Assembly: GCF_006345805.1 (NCBI RefSeq)
Contig: NC_043008.1
Location: forward strand, 14,632,001 to 14,696,000
Length of the DNA: 64,000 nt
From: Octopus sinensis
Lineage: Eukaryota
Direction of reading: 5' to 3'
A model generated the notes under the pieces. The model did no database searches. It was not told the origin of the DNA and saw nothing but the letters and a program-made list of their open reading frames with translations. Below are positions 12,291-25,468 of the stretch, in pieces (position 1 is the stretch's first letter; the number at the start of each line of letters is the position of its first letter). The translations under genes were made by a program, and so were the position numbers.

Positions 12291-13327
12291 GTAAATGTAT
12301 TTGAGCGGGTATGCGTCTTTATGTGTGTGTGTGTTTCATATGTGTGCGTGTGGGTGTCCAGTGAATTTTCTGGGTGCATGTATATTAGTGCTGGAGCGCC
12401 GCCTTTAGTCGAGCAAATCGACCCCAGGACTTATTCTTTGTAAGCCCAGTACTTATTCTATCGATCTCTTATGCCGAATCGCTAGGTTACAAAGATGTAA
12501 ACACACCACCATCGGCTGGGGGAAAAACTTAACCCAAAAGTCCAACTGCTCATTGTTTATAAGAAAAAAGTCATGGTCTCAGTAACAACAATAACAGCAA
12601 CATCATTCCACAAGCAGCAGACACGCACATAGAGAGCTCACAATAGTGGCACTCCGTCAGTTGCGACGAGTGTTGCAGCTAATCCGATCGACAGAACAAC
12701 CTGCTCGTGAAATTAACGTACAAGTGGTTGAGCACTCCACAGACACGTATAGCCTCAACGTGGTCCTCGGGGAGATTCAGTGTGACACAGAATGTGACAA
12801 GGCTGGCCCTTTGAAATACAGGTACAACTCATTTTTGCTAGGTGAGTTGACTGTGGCAACATGAAATAAGGTGTTTTGCCCCAGGACACAACGCGTCGTC
12901 GGAAATCGAACTCACGTCCTTAGGATCTTGAGCCGAATACTCAACTACAAAACCACGCGTCTTCACTACAATAACAAATATATCAATGATAAGAACATGG
13001 ACACTCTATGGTACAATCAGCCGTCACTTCCGAGCATTTGCTGTGTTTTCGCTTATTGTTTCCGTTCAGTTGTGTAGTAGCTAACTTGTGTGTGTACTTC
13101 CCGGAGTAGCTTTTTAGTTTTCCACCCCCACCCGACTTCCTGCCCTCTAGCTGGCACCCCGTCGGTTACGAGGACGAGGGTTCCAGTTGATCCGATCAAG
13201 AGAACAGCTTGCTCGTGAAATTAACATGCAAGTGGCTGAGCACTCCATAGACCCTTAATGTAGTTCTCATGGAGATTCAGCGTGACACTGAGTGTGAAAA
13301 GGCCGACCCTTTGAAATACAGGTACTA

Positions 13328-14039
13328 CCGTAAATCCTCGAGTATAATCCGCATTTTTTCACCAAAATTTAATGGTCAAAATCCCCAGTGCATACTATAA
13401 TACGAGGTTAAAACTGGAAATTATTTTCTAAGCAAAGTCCGAGTCTCTATTTGCTGTCCGGCAATGTTTATTCAGACGCATTTTCTGATGTCGGGCGCGA
13501 AAATACCTTCAGTTAAGCCTGAAAGCAATGAAGTCATAAAAGAATCATCCACAACATGCAGTAAGCAACATTTATTAAACGTTATTACTGTTATTACTGG
13601 TATACTAGCCATCTCAATATGGCTAACCACTAAGGGTGGGTGTTACTGTAGCTTGTAGCCCCAGGAGATCATCGTCTCCAGCTGGCTTTAGGCACACTTT
13701 CTGTGCCCTTATGAGATGGCTAGTATACCTTACATTGTCGTGCAGTTACTGTTTATATCTCGTTCAGAGATTTATTACTGTTATTACTGTTATTTCTTTA
13801 TTTTCTGCAAACAAAATGCACAAAAAAGCTACAGGTTTGCATTATGTTATATATGCAATAATAATAAAGGACGTTACCGTATACATTTTTACAAACCAAG
13901 GACGTTATATAGACCTCCTTGACTCAAGTTAGAGAAGGGGTGCGTATTATATACAAGGTTTAGGCTTTTCAGAGCTACAGCCTCCTAAAAATCCTCTGCA
14001 TATTATATTCAAGGGCGGACTATACTCGAGGATTTATGG
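13328..14039. mobile_element. Non-autonomous pogo/Tigger-like DNA transposon (712 bp) nested in a family-C SINE
   Basis: TIRs ccgtaaatcctcgagtataatccgc / gcggactatactcgaggatttatgg; TA duplication at 13326-13327 and 14040-14041; removing it restores the SINE sequence caggtactactcatttttgccagc seen intact near 7127. Confidence 0.9.
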
Positions 14040-14709
14040 TACTCATTTTTGCCAGCTAGGTGGACTGAAGTAACGTGAAATAAAGTACCATTTACCGTGA
14101 TTTCCCAGAGTAGTAGCCAGCTTAAGTGTGTACTTCTCGGAGCAGCCTCTGAGTTTTCCGTCTCCACCCGACTTCATACCCTCTATACAAACTTATATTG
14201 CGGGTCCAAAGGTGTTGTTCCGCCACCCCACAAAAGAAAGCGTCACCCCGGGATGGACTGCCCCCATCACCTGCCGCCCCTTTGTTACGCTACTGTTTTA
14301 GGTTCGCTTGTAGTATAACAAGCGGGTATATGCACCCCTACTCTCTTTCTCTCAGCTCCCTTATCTCTCTCTCTCTCTCTCCCTCTCTGTCTGTCTGTCT
14401 CTCTCTCTCTCTCTCGCTCTCTGTCTCTCTCTCTCGGCTCTCGCTCACCGTTGAACTCAACGAAACATTCAGGATGTAACAGTAAGGAGGGGACCCGGTT
14501 GTGCCCGCACCATCCGGGTGGTAGTTAATTACAGCTGGGTAGACTGCAGCAACGCGGAATGAAGTGCTTTGAACAAGGAAGACACACAAGGGGGTCACCT
14601 CGGTTCAGGAACTAAACTCAGCACCTTTACGGTCACGAGCCAAACACCCTCGCCACTAAGTCACGCGTCGCTTCGATCAACAAACGCGACAATAACATCA
14701 ACACAGTAA

Positions 14710-14888
14710 ACTAGTAATAGTAATAGCAGTAGCAGTAGTTGTAATAGTAACAACAGCAGCAGCAGTAGTAGTAGTAGTAGTTGTAATAGTAGTAGTAGTA
14801 ATAGTAGTAGTTGTAGTAGTAGTAGTAGTAGTAGTAGTACTAGAACTAGTAGTCGTAGTAGTAGTAGTAGTAGTAGTAGTACTAGAAC

Positions 14889-14925
<37 letters not shown>

Positions 14926-14989
14926 CGTAGTAGTAGTAGTAGTAGTAGTAGCAGTAGTAACAGTAGTAACAGTAGCAGCAGCAACAGTT

Positions 14990-15048
<59 letters not shown>

Positions 15049-15070
15049 TAGTAGTAGCAGCAGCAGCGCT
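14710..15070. repeat. (TAG)n microsatellite
   Basis: Direct reading. Confidence 0.95.
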
Positions 15071-15191
15071 GCTGCTGCTGTTGTTGTTCCGACGGTAATC
15101 TCCCACTAAACGAGTGCAGAGGAAGTTGAGGTTTAGTCGACAATATTCAAAGTCTTGAAGAGTTCTCAATGAATATAATCTGGTGGAATTA

Positions 15192-15204
15192 GTTGCCTAG
15201 CAAC
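15192..15204. promoter_or_regulatory. RFX X-box-like palindrome GTTGCCTAGCAAC
   Basis: Matches the X-box consensus GTNRCC-N0-3-RGYAAC in a short unique island between microsatellites; function not shown. Confidence 0.35.
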
Positions 15205-15334
15205 GGCAGCAGCAGAATCCAGAAATGTGTCTTCTTGATCTCCTTCGCCACCATCGCCACCCTCCCTCCACCTTTCATGCTTTCCTCTTCCTTCTCCTCC
15301 ATTATCACAACTCGTCCGTTTCGTTCACCCGAAG

Positions 15335-15858
15335 ATTTCTTTCTTTCTTTCTCTATCTTCTTCTTCTTCTTCTTCTTCTTCTTCTTCTTCTCTTCTTTTT
15401 CTTCTTCTTCTTCTTCTTCTTCTTCTTCTCCTCCTCCTCCCTCCTTCTTCTCCTTCTTCTCATTCTTCTTTTTTCTTCTTTGTTCTTTTTCTTGTTCTTC
15501 TGTTCTTGTTCTTGTTCTTGTTTTCTTTTTTTTTGTTTTTTTTTGTTTCTTTGTCCTCCCGCCCTTCTTCCCCCCCTCCCTTTACTTCTTCCCTTTGTTT
15601 TTTTCTTCTTTTTCCTTGTTCTCTTTGTCTTCTTCTCCTTCTTCCTTCTTCTTGTTCTTCTCCTTCTTCTATCCTCTTCTTCTCCTTCTTTCCTTCCCTT
15701 CCTCTTCTTCTCCTTTTCTTCTCCTTCTTCTTCTCTTTCTTCTCTTCTCTCCTTCTTCTTCTCCTTTTCTTCTTCTTCTTCTTTTCTTCTTTCTTCTTCT
15801 CCTCATCCTCCTCCTCCTCTCTCCTCTCCTCCTTCTTCTTCTTCTTCTTCTTCTTTTC
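15335..15858. repeat. (CTT)n / polypyrimidine low-complexity tract
   Basis: Direct reading. Confidence 0.95.
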
Positions 15859-16129
15859 ACTCTAAACGTCGGTCAGCTGATAAGCAAGTTTTCCGTCGTC
15901 TCCTTCGCTTCCTCCCACGCAAGAGAGAACACCTGGAAATCTTCCATTCAGTGGAATACCATTACTGTAATTCCTCAGCCGCTGCAGTTGTTGCTGCTGC
16001 TGCTCTGCTTCATCAGCTAACGTCCATCCACCCTGCTAACTGTCCAGCTAGTCTTTGATGCAGCCAGCCAAGTAGCCTGCCATCGATTTAACTCACCTTC
16101 CAGGCTACCACACAACTCGCAGAATCGCG

Positions 16130-16915
16130 ACTCCATCCATTCAACGATCCATTCATCTAAACATCTAACAACGGATTCATCACTCCATCGATCCTCCTGT
16201 CCATTTATCTAACCATTACCCATCAATCCACCAAACTAACCTTCCACCTATCTAACCATCCAACCATCGATTCATCCATTCATTTAACCATCCAACCATC
16301 AATTCATCAATCCATCCATCCTTTCGTCAATTCATCTATCAACCTATCCAACCAGAGATCCATCGATCCATCAATCTACCCATCCACCCATCTAGCCATC
16401 CAACCATCGATCCATCCATTCACCCATCCATTTTTCAAACCATCCACGTGTCGATCCATCAATCCATCCATCCTTTCATTAATCCATCTATTAACCTATC
16501 CAACCAGAGATCCATCGATCCATCAATTTATCCACCCACCCATCTAACCATCCAACCATTGATCCATCCATTCATCTAATCATCCAACCATCGATCCACC
16601 CATCCATCGATCCGGTAATCCACCGATCCATCGATCCACCCATTCATCAATCCATCCATCATTTCATCAATCCATCCATCCATTCATCAATCCATCTATT
16701 CGTTCATCAGTCCATCTATCAATCCCTCAATCTAACCATCTACCCATCTAACCATCCAATCATCAATCCATCTATTCACCTATCCAACCAGAGATCCATC
16801 AATCTATCCCTCCACCTATCCACACATCTAACCATCCAGACAGAGATCCATCCATTCACACATTCAATCACCGAACGACTCAACCATTGATCCATCAATC
16901 CATCCATCCACCCAC
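16130..16915. repeat. Old degenerate (ATCC)n tract with internal duplications
   Basis: Direct reading; aacctatccaaccagagatccatc recurs three times. Confidence 0.9.
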
Positions 16916-17300
16916 GTAAAATATCCCAACTATTCACCTTTCAGCGTGAAACAATTATAAAAGAAAAGCTATGTTCTTTGAGACGAAATATACTACTCTT
17001 TCTAGCAAAATCGATCGGCAAAAATACAAAGCAAATAAGTGTCAGAAGGCCAGTAGATTCTTTTCTCGAGAAATTACGGAGAGCAAAACCCACAAAAAAA
17101 AAAAGGCGAAGACTATAACAATAAGACACAGGTGAGAGGCTAGCCATTACATGGAGATGCGGTTGCTGCTTACGAAAATAGAGAAATGCGTGAATGGAAA
17201 AGGCATGCGACGTTTTTTTTACCACAATTTGGCGTCGCTGATTCAACGCTGACCTATTTGACATCGGACGTTTTAATGTTTCTTGTTTTCTACCCTCCCT

Positions 17301-17400
17301 NNNNNNNNNNNNNNNNNNNNNNNNNNNNNNNNNNNNNNNNNNNNNNNNNNNNNNNNNNNNNNNNNNNNNNNNNNNNNNNNNNNNNNNNNNNNNNNNNNNN
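17301..17400. other. Assembly gap (100 N)
   Basis: Run of n; 100 is a conventional unknown-size placeholder. Confidence 1.
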
Positions 17401-17417
17401 TCTCTCTCTCTCTCTCT

Positions 17418-17706
17418 TCCTGCTCCAGAGTGTCGGCTGTGGGGTCACTCCGAAAAGCTCTATCTGCGACGATTTCATCTCAATCGAAGGAGAGGGGCTT
17501 TCTCCGTCCGGGTGCGGATCCGTGGAATAAGCTGCCGGACGAGATGGTGAAGATGCCAATGACCGCTCGGTTCAAAGTCTCTCTTGACCAGAAATGGCCT
17601 GAACTCTTTGCATGAACACCCTCCCTGTACATAACTCCATGTCCCCCTACATGGCCTTGCTTTTTGCGTTTTCAGCCATAAAATTAACTTAACTTAACTT
17701 AACTTA
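17418..17706 (+). mobile_element. CR1-type LINE 3' end with (TTAAC)n tail
   Basis: RLWGHSEKLYLRRFHLNRRRGAFSVR/DPWNKLPDEMVKMPMTARFKVSLDQKW matches the CR1 ORF2 terminus (RGH..KL...FSxRV...WNxLP...FKxxLD). Confidence 0.85.
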
Positions 17707-18934
17707 TGGAGTGGCAGTGTGGTAAGTAGCTTGCTAATCAACCACATGGTTCCGGGTTCAGTTCCACCGCGTGGCATCTTGGGCAAGTGTCTTCTGCTAT
17801 AGCCCCGGGCTGACCAATGCCTTGTGAGTGGATTGGTAGGCGGAAAACTGAAAGAAGCCTGTCGTATATATGTATATATATTGTATGTGTGTGTATGGTT
17901 TTGTGTCTGTGTTTGTCTCCCTAGCATTGCTTGACAACCGATGCTGGTGTGTTTACGTCCCCGTCACTTTGCGGTTCGGCAAAAGAGACGATAGAATAAG
18001 TACCGGGCTTACAAAGAATAAGTCCCGAGGTCGATTTGCTCGACTAAAGGCGGTGCTCCAGCATGGCCGCAGTCAAATGACTGAAACAAGTAAAAGAGTA
18101 AAGAGAGTAAAAGAGTATATATATATATATTTCTATATCTCTATACACGGTGGTGGTTGTCTACTCCTTATGCAGAGTTTGACCACCTCCTGCACCCACA
18201 CCTTAGAACCATCATGGCGTCTGATGTGGCTTTTTAAACCAGACTCATGTTTTGAACTAATCAACTGGCTCCCTCCCCCAAAATTTCAGGCCTTGTACCT
18301 ATAATAGAAAGGATTATTATTATCATTATTATTATAGCACGTAAAAAGCACCATCCAATCGTGGCCGTTTGCCAGCCTCGTCTGGCACCAGTGCCGGTGG
18401 CATGTAAAAAGCACCCACTACACTCATGGAGTGGTTGGCGTTTGGAAGGGCATCCAGCCGTAGAAACATTGCCAGATCTGACTGGGCCTGGTGCAGCCTT
18501 CTGGCTTCCCAGACCCCAGTTGAACCATCCAACTCATGCTAGCATGGAAAGCGGACGCTAAACGATGATGATGATGATGATGATTATGATGAGCTGGCAG
18601 AAACGTTAGCACACTGGGTGAAATGTTTAACAGTATTTCGTCTGTCCTTACATTCTGAGTTCAAATTCTGCCGAGGTCAACTTTTCCTTTCATCCTTTTT
18701 GGGGTCAATAAATTAAGTAGCAGGTCAATCTAATCAACTGGCACCCTCCCCAAAAATTTTGGGCCTTGTGCCTAGAGTAGAAAAAAACAGGATATTGATA
18801 TTTCTTCATTCAACAGTCAAATGTGAAATCTCCAAAGCAATGGACACGTCTGAGGCTCTCTCTTTCTCTCTCTCCCTCTCTCTCATTAACCGTCTTTCTC
18901 TCTAACACTCTCCACTTCATTCCCCTCTTCTCCG

Positions 18935-19102
18935 TGACTCCAACTCCATGACTCTGACTCCACCACTCTGACTCCACCACTCTGACTCCACGACTCCGAC
19001 TCCATGACTCTGACTCCATGACTCTGACTCCATGACTCAGACTTCATGACTCCGACTCCACGTTTCAGACTCCACGACTCCAACTCCACGACTCAGACTC
19101 CA
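18935..19102. repeat. GACTCC/GACTCT-based minisatellite
   Basis: Direct reading. Confidence 0.9.
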
Positions 19103-19539
19103 CAGCCCTGGTTAGCCTTATGCAAACCCAGTTTTATCTCTGGGAAGAGGCGATCTGTATTAGTCTGATCTGCGTTGGAGGTCCTGCCAAGGGCTTGTGC
19201 TCTACTAGCACTGCTCTGAAGGTCTTTGTAATGCACAAGCTACCATACTGCAACAAAGGACCTTGTGGCAGTATGAAAAAACAAGGGAGTGTTTTGCCCT
19301 AAGGATTTTGGTAATGTTCAGAAAGGTCACTCATCTCTGTTGATGACAGTGTGTTGTGATAAATATGCTACATGGTCCAGAATCCACATGTGGCCCTCAA
19401 TACTATGCATAATCACATGGGAAGATGAAAGAGCTCAAAGAATTTAAGAGAACTAGGAACTGAATGAAACAGTGCACTTGTAGGCTTTCAGTGGAAATTG
19501 AAACCAGAACCACAGGCTCAGCTCATTAAGAGCTTGCAA

Positions 19540-19717
19540 GTCATCATCATCACCATCATCAACATCATCCTCATCATCATCATTGTCATCATCATCATCA
19601 TCATCATCATCGCTATCTTTGTCATTGTCATCACCCTCTTCATCACCATCATCGTCGTCGTCGTCGTCATCACGATCATCGTCGTCGTCGTCGTCATCAT
19701 CATCATCATCGTAGGCG

Positions 19718-19757
<40 letters not shown>

Positions 19758-19759
19758 TG

Positions 19760-19795
<36 letters not shown>

Positions 19796-19843
19796 CTATC
19801 TTTGTCATTGTCATCACCATCTTCATCACCATCATCGTCGTCG

Positions 19844-19898
<55 letters not shown>

Positions 19899-20002
19899 CA
19901 TCATCATCACTATCTTTGTCATTGTCATCACCATCTTCATCATCATCATCGTCGTCGCCATCATCATCAGCATCACCATCATCATCTTCAACATCATCAT
20001 CT
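19540..20002. repeat. (ATC)n tract with a thrice-repeated higher-order unit
   Basis: ctatctttgtcattgtcatcacc recurs at about 19613, 19796 and 19910. Confidence 0.95.
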
Positions 20003-20791
20003 CCTCTTTCTCCTCCTTGTTATCGATATTGTTCTTCTGCATCTATTTATAGTAAAAAAAAAAAAAAGAATCGATGTTGATTACAGACTGATGCTTACTT
20101 GCATCTGGATCCGATTCTCATTCAAATGTCATCTGGGGTCCTCACCAATAGATATACGATAGCAGAATCACATTGGTGCGTCAAACAAAATGTCTTGTAG
20201 TATTTAGTTACATCCTCATATGTTCGACATTCAAATCCTGTCTGGATGAAAGCAATTCTGATTCTCAGCCTTTCGTGGGATGAGCTGTGGGGGCGGGGTG
20301 CAAAATACTAGTCATGTGACGAGGGGGCAGTTATGATCGACAGTAATTTCCCCACTGCCTTTTCCCACCAAATATTTTGTCTTGTGGGGTTTTTGGTTTT
20401 TTTTTGTTTTTGTTTGGCTTTTAACACCCACATGTAGATGCAAATACACGTGCAAACAGTTGCATACGTGCAGTAAACATGCAGACACGCATGCAAGCAC
20501 TCACGCATATGCAAACACACACACACACAAACAAAACACTTGCTCATGTGCAAACACACACGTACAAACACACACGTAAATGCATACATACATTCATATA
20601 CACACACAAGCACTTGCAAAAATGCAAACACACACAAACACTCACACACACACACAAACACTCACACACACACACGTAAAAACATACATGCACAAACACT
20701 CATACGCAAACACTTCTTTCACACATGCAAACACACACACATACACACACACATGCAAATTCACATGCATTTACTCAATGCAAACACATGT

Positions 20792-20828
<37 letters not shown>

Positions 20829-20974
20829 CATACATATACATGCAAACGCATACATAAACGTGCAAACGCATACATGTGCAAACATACACACATGCATGCA
20901 AACACACACACACATGCAAAGCATTCATTCATGCCAACACACACACACACTCACACGTTCACTCTGTCAAACAC

Positions 20975-21042
<68 letters not shown>

Positions 21043-21092
21043 AAGCATAAATACATACGCAAAGCAGTGAATTGGCAGAATGATTAGAGCCT

Positions 21093-23040
21093 AAGGTGGC
21101 GAGCTGGCAGAAACATTAGCATGCCAGGCAAAATGTTTAGCAGTATTTCGTCTGTCTTTACATTCTGAGTTCAAATTCCACTGAGGTCGACTGTGCACTT
21201 CATCCTTTTGGGGTCGATTAAATAAGTACCAGTTACGCACTGGGGTCGATGTAATCGACTTAATCCGTTTGTCTGTCCTTGTTTGTTCTCTCTGTGATTA
21301 GCCCCTTGTGGGTAGTAAAGAAATAGGTATTTCGTCTGCCGCTATGTTCTGAGTTCAAATTCTACCGAGGTCAACTTTGCCTTTCATCCTTTCGGGGTTG
21401 ATTAAATAGGTACCAGTTACATACTGGGGTCAATATTATTGACTTAATCCGTTTGTCTGTCCTTGTTTGTTCTCTCTGTGATTAGCCCCTTGTGGGTAGT
21501 AAAGAAATAGGTATTTCGTCTGCCGCTATGTTCTGAGTTCAAATTCTACCGAGGTCAACTTTGCCTTTCATCCTTTCGGGGTCGATTAAATAGGTACCAG
21601 TTACATACTGGGGTCAATATTATTGACTTAATCTGTTTGTCTGTCCTTGTTTGTCCCCTCTGTGTGTAGCCCCTTGTGGGTAGTAAAGAAATAAGAAACG
21701 TTAGCATGCCGGGTGAAATGCTTAGCAGTATTTCGTCTGCCGCTACGTTCTGAGTTCAAATTCCACCTAGATCGACTTTGCCTTTCATCCTTTCGGGGTC
21801 GATTAAATAAGTACCAGTTATGCAATAGGGTCGCTATAATCGACTTAATCCCTTTGTCTGTCCTTGTTTGTCCCCTCTGTGTGTAGCCCCTTGTGGGTAG
21901 TAAAGAAATAAGAAACGTTAGCATGCCGGGTGAAATGCTTAGCAGTATTTCGTCTGCCGCTACGTTCTGAGTTCAAATTCCACCTAGATCAACTTTGCCT
22001 TTCATCCTTTCGGGGTCGATTAAATAAGTACCAGTTATGCAATAGGGTCGCTATAATCGACTTAATCCCTTTGTCTGTCCTTGTTTGTCCCCTCTGTGTG
22101 TAGCCCCTTGTGGGTAGTAAAGAAATAAGAAACGTTAGCATGCCGGGTGAAATGCTTAGCAGTATTTCGTCTGCCGCTACGTTCTGAGTTCAAATTCCAC
22201 CTAGATCGACTTTGCCTTTCATCCTTTCGGGGTCGATTAAATAAGTACCAGTTATGCAATAGGGTCGCTATAATCGACTTAATCCCTTTGTCTGTCTTGT
22301 TTGTCCCCTCTGTGTGTAGCCCCTTGTGGGTAGTAAAGAAATAAGAAACGTTAGCATGCCGGGTGAAATGCTTAGCAGTATTTCGTCTGCCGCTACGTTC
22401 TGAGTTCAAATTCCACCTAGATCGACTTTGCCTTTCATCCTTTCGGGGTCGATTAAATAAGTACCAGTTATGCAATAGGGTCGCTATAATCGACTTAATC
22501 CCTTTGTCTGTCCTTGTTTGTCCCCTCTGTGTGTAGCCCCTTGTGGGTAGTAAAGAAATAAGAAACGTTAGCATGCCGGGTGAAATGCTTAGCAGTATTT
22601 CGTCTGCCGCTACGTTCTGAGTTCAAATTCCACCTAGATCGACTTTGCCTTTCATCCTTTCGGGGTCGATTAAATAAGTACCAGTTATGCAATAGGGTCG
22701 CTATAATCGACTTAATCCCTTTGTCTGTCCTTGTTTGTCCCCTCTGTGTGTAGCCCCTTGTGGGTAGTAAAGAAATAAGAAACGTTAGCATGCCGGGTGA
22801 AATGCTTAGCAGTATTTCGTCTGCCGCTACGTTCTGAGTTCAAATTCCACCTAGATCGACTTTGCCTTTCATCCTTTCGGGGTCGATTAAATAAGTACCA
22901 GTTATGCAATAGGGTCGCTATAATCGACTTAATCCCTTTGTCTGTCCTTGTTTGTCCCCTCTGTGTGTAGCCCCTTGTGGGCAGTAAAGAAATAAGAAAC
23001 ATTAGCTCACCGGGTGAAATGCTTAGCAGCATTTTGCCTG
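21093..23040 (+). repeat. Head-to-tail array of SINE family A: one head-bearing copy, two 184-bp units, six near-identical 217-bp units and a partial unit
   Basis: aagaaacgttagcatgccgggtg starts at about 21693, 21910, 22127, 22343, 22560, 22777 and (variant) 22994; 184-bp units start at 21328 and 21512. Confidence 0.95.
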
Positions 23041-24182
23041 TCTTTACCAAATCCACTCAGAAATCTTTGGTTGGCCCAAGGCTATAATAGAAGACACTTG
23101 CCCAAATTGGGACTGAACCTGGAACCATGCAGTTGGGATGCAAGCATCTTACCACACAGCCAAACTGACATATACAAGCATGCACGTGAGCTTTGAGTTC
23201 AGTCTTAGATTAGCCCTGGAAAATAAAAAGCACAAAACTGCGAAGAAAAATAAAACAAACAAATGAATAAATGAATTTAATTCAATTTAATTGTTGTTAT
23301 TTTCCATGTTGATTAAAATAAAAAAAAGCAATCAATAAGAAAAATTTAATTGCTGCTCATATAATGAGAGATAACCAACTGTTATGTTTTCAATAACAAC
23401 AACAACAACAACAATACAACACAAAATACCAATGACTGTTGACACTATCATTACAAATTCTTTTCCACTCAAATATTGTGGGGTTATTTAGTTTTTTTTT
23501 CGAAAGTGAAATTAAATTTTAAAAAATAATTAGATATAAAAAAAGCTAGAGAAAAAAATAAAATTATCAGAAAAAATTATTTTTTAAAGTTCTAATTTCA
23601 TTTCCTATTAATTTCCTTCTCTTTTTTTTTCTTCCTCCCCCCTCCCCGCCTCCTCCTCTTTCTCTTTTCTCAATCTTTCTCCTCTCTTCCTATTTCCCTC
23701 TTACCCTTCCACACTCTCCTTCTACCCTGCCACCCTCTCACCTCATTCTTTCTGTCATTCAGTCATTCTCATCACTTTTACTCTTACCTCTCTTTATGCT
23801 TTTCATTCTTTTCATTCTACTTCCCCCTTACTTGTATCACTTTTCTTCCTCCTCCTTGTATCTCTCCTCTTGGTTTCTCTCTCTCCTTCTCTCTCTCTCC
23901 CTCTCTCTCTCTCTCTTTCTCTCTTTCCCTCTCTCTGGCATTATCATCGTCACTTTCACTATTCTCATCATTGAAATCCTTGTCATTGTCAACATGAACA
24001 TTGTTATCATCATGATGCAGGCATGGTTGTGTGGTGAGAAGTTTCTTTCCCAACCACATGGTTCCAGGTTCAGTCCCATTGCATGGCATCCAGGACAAGT
24101 ATACTATAACTTCAACCAACCAAAGCTTTGTGGTGGGTTTGGTAGACAGAAACTGAAAGAAACCTATCGTGTATATATATAT

Positions 24183-24219
<37 letters not shown>

Positions 24220-24605
24220 AAGAAGAATATGGAGGGGATCAATAGGTGGTTCATCAACTGTTAGACATTATATTATGTCAATTTATTTATTTATTTACTA
24301 AAATGACAATTACAAGAATATACATACATGTATAACATATTATGCTTTACATATAAAATATATAAAGATACCAGTAATTATTAAAATATAACACTGGAAT
24401 ATATAAATCCCCAAAACAGAACAAGAATGTAACGGCCGACAATGAAAACATATGGACAGAAGGACAATACAAAGATGGACGGGAAAACCAGGATGGAATA
24501 TTCGTGGCTCTTTATTCTTCGGTCAAGTTTCCTATCATCATTACAGTTTTGGCCTGTTACACTTCAGAATGTTCAAAATTTGTAGGCCAAATATATATAT
24601 TAATA

Positions 24606-24823
24606 GCACATGCTCAATGTATGTGTTTTGTTTGTTTGGTGGTTCGCTGTGGTATAGTGCCTGAGGTACGACTTCCTCAATATGCTGGGTTGTAAAACAT
24701 CTGAAAGTCATAGACAGGTGAGACAGCTTGCCCTTAACAGCCAGCATTATGAGGGAGTCTTCTCCAAGGCACTATTCCGCAGTGAACTAGCGAACAAACA
24801 AAACATATACATTGAGCATGTGC
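24606..24823. mobile_element. Foldback MITE with ~90-bp arms
   Basis: gcacatgctcaatgtatgtgttttgtttgtttggtggttcgctgtggtatagtgcct pairs with aggcactattccgcagtgaactagcgaacaaacaaaacatatacattgagcatgtgc. Confidence 0.8.
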
Positions 24824-24875
24824 AGTTGATAATGTTTGCAACACTAGCTGCACTTTTAATTTGTTATTGAATGTT

Positions 24876-24915
<40 letters not shown>

Positions 24916-25426
24916 CCCCACCACTGCTTGACAACGAGTGGTAATGTGTTTATGTTCTTGTAACTTAGCAGTTTGTCAAAAGAGATTGACAGAATAAGTA
25001 TCTGGTTTAAAAAGAAATAAATAAACAAATACTGGAGTCAATTTGTTGACTGAAATTTTTCAAAGCAGTGCCCCAGCATGGCCATAGTCTAATGACTGAA
25101 ACCATCATCACCATCATCAACAGCATCATTAGTGTTGTTGCTATGGTCACGACCATTGTCATCATTCACAGCATAATTGTCATCATCATACTTATCATCA
25201 ACATTTCATAGCCTTGAAGGGTTCAGTCAAACAGACTGACCCCAGTCCTTTATCACTATTTTTAAAATCTGGCTTTTATTCTATCAATGTCTTTTGATGA
25301 ACCACTAGGTTACAGGGATGTAAACAAACTGACACAGATTACCTAACCATGAGACACACACATAAAATTTTTTGAGCACTATGAAGTGTATTCTATAAAG
25401 AGAATACCTGTCTTTAATCTATAAGC

Positions 25427-25429
<3 letters not shown>

Positions 25430-25468
<39 letters not shown>

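Noticed and set aside
21693-23040. CRISPR-like regular array
   Set aside because: Units are wholly repeated with no unique spacers, there are no cas genes, and the context is eukaryotic. The same applies to 58346-59240.
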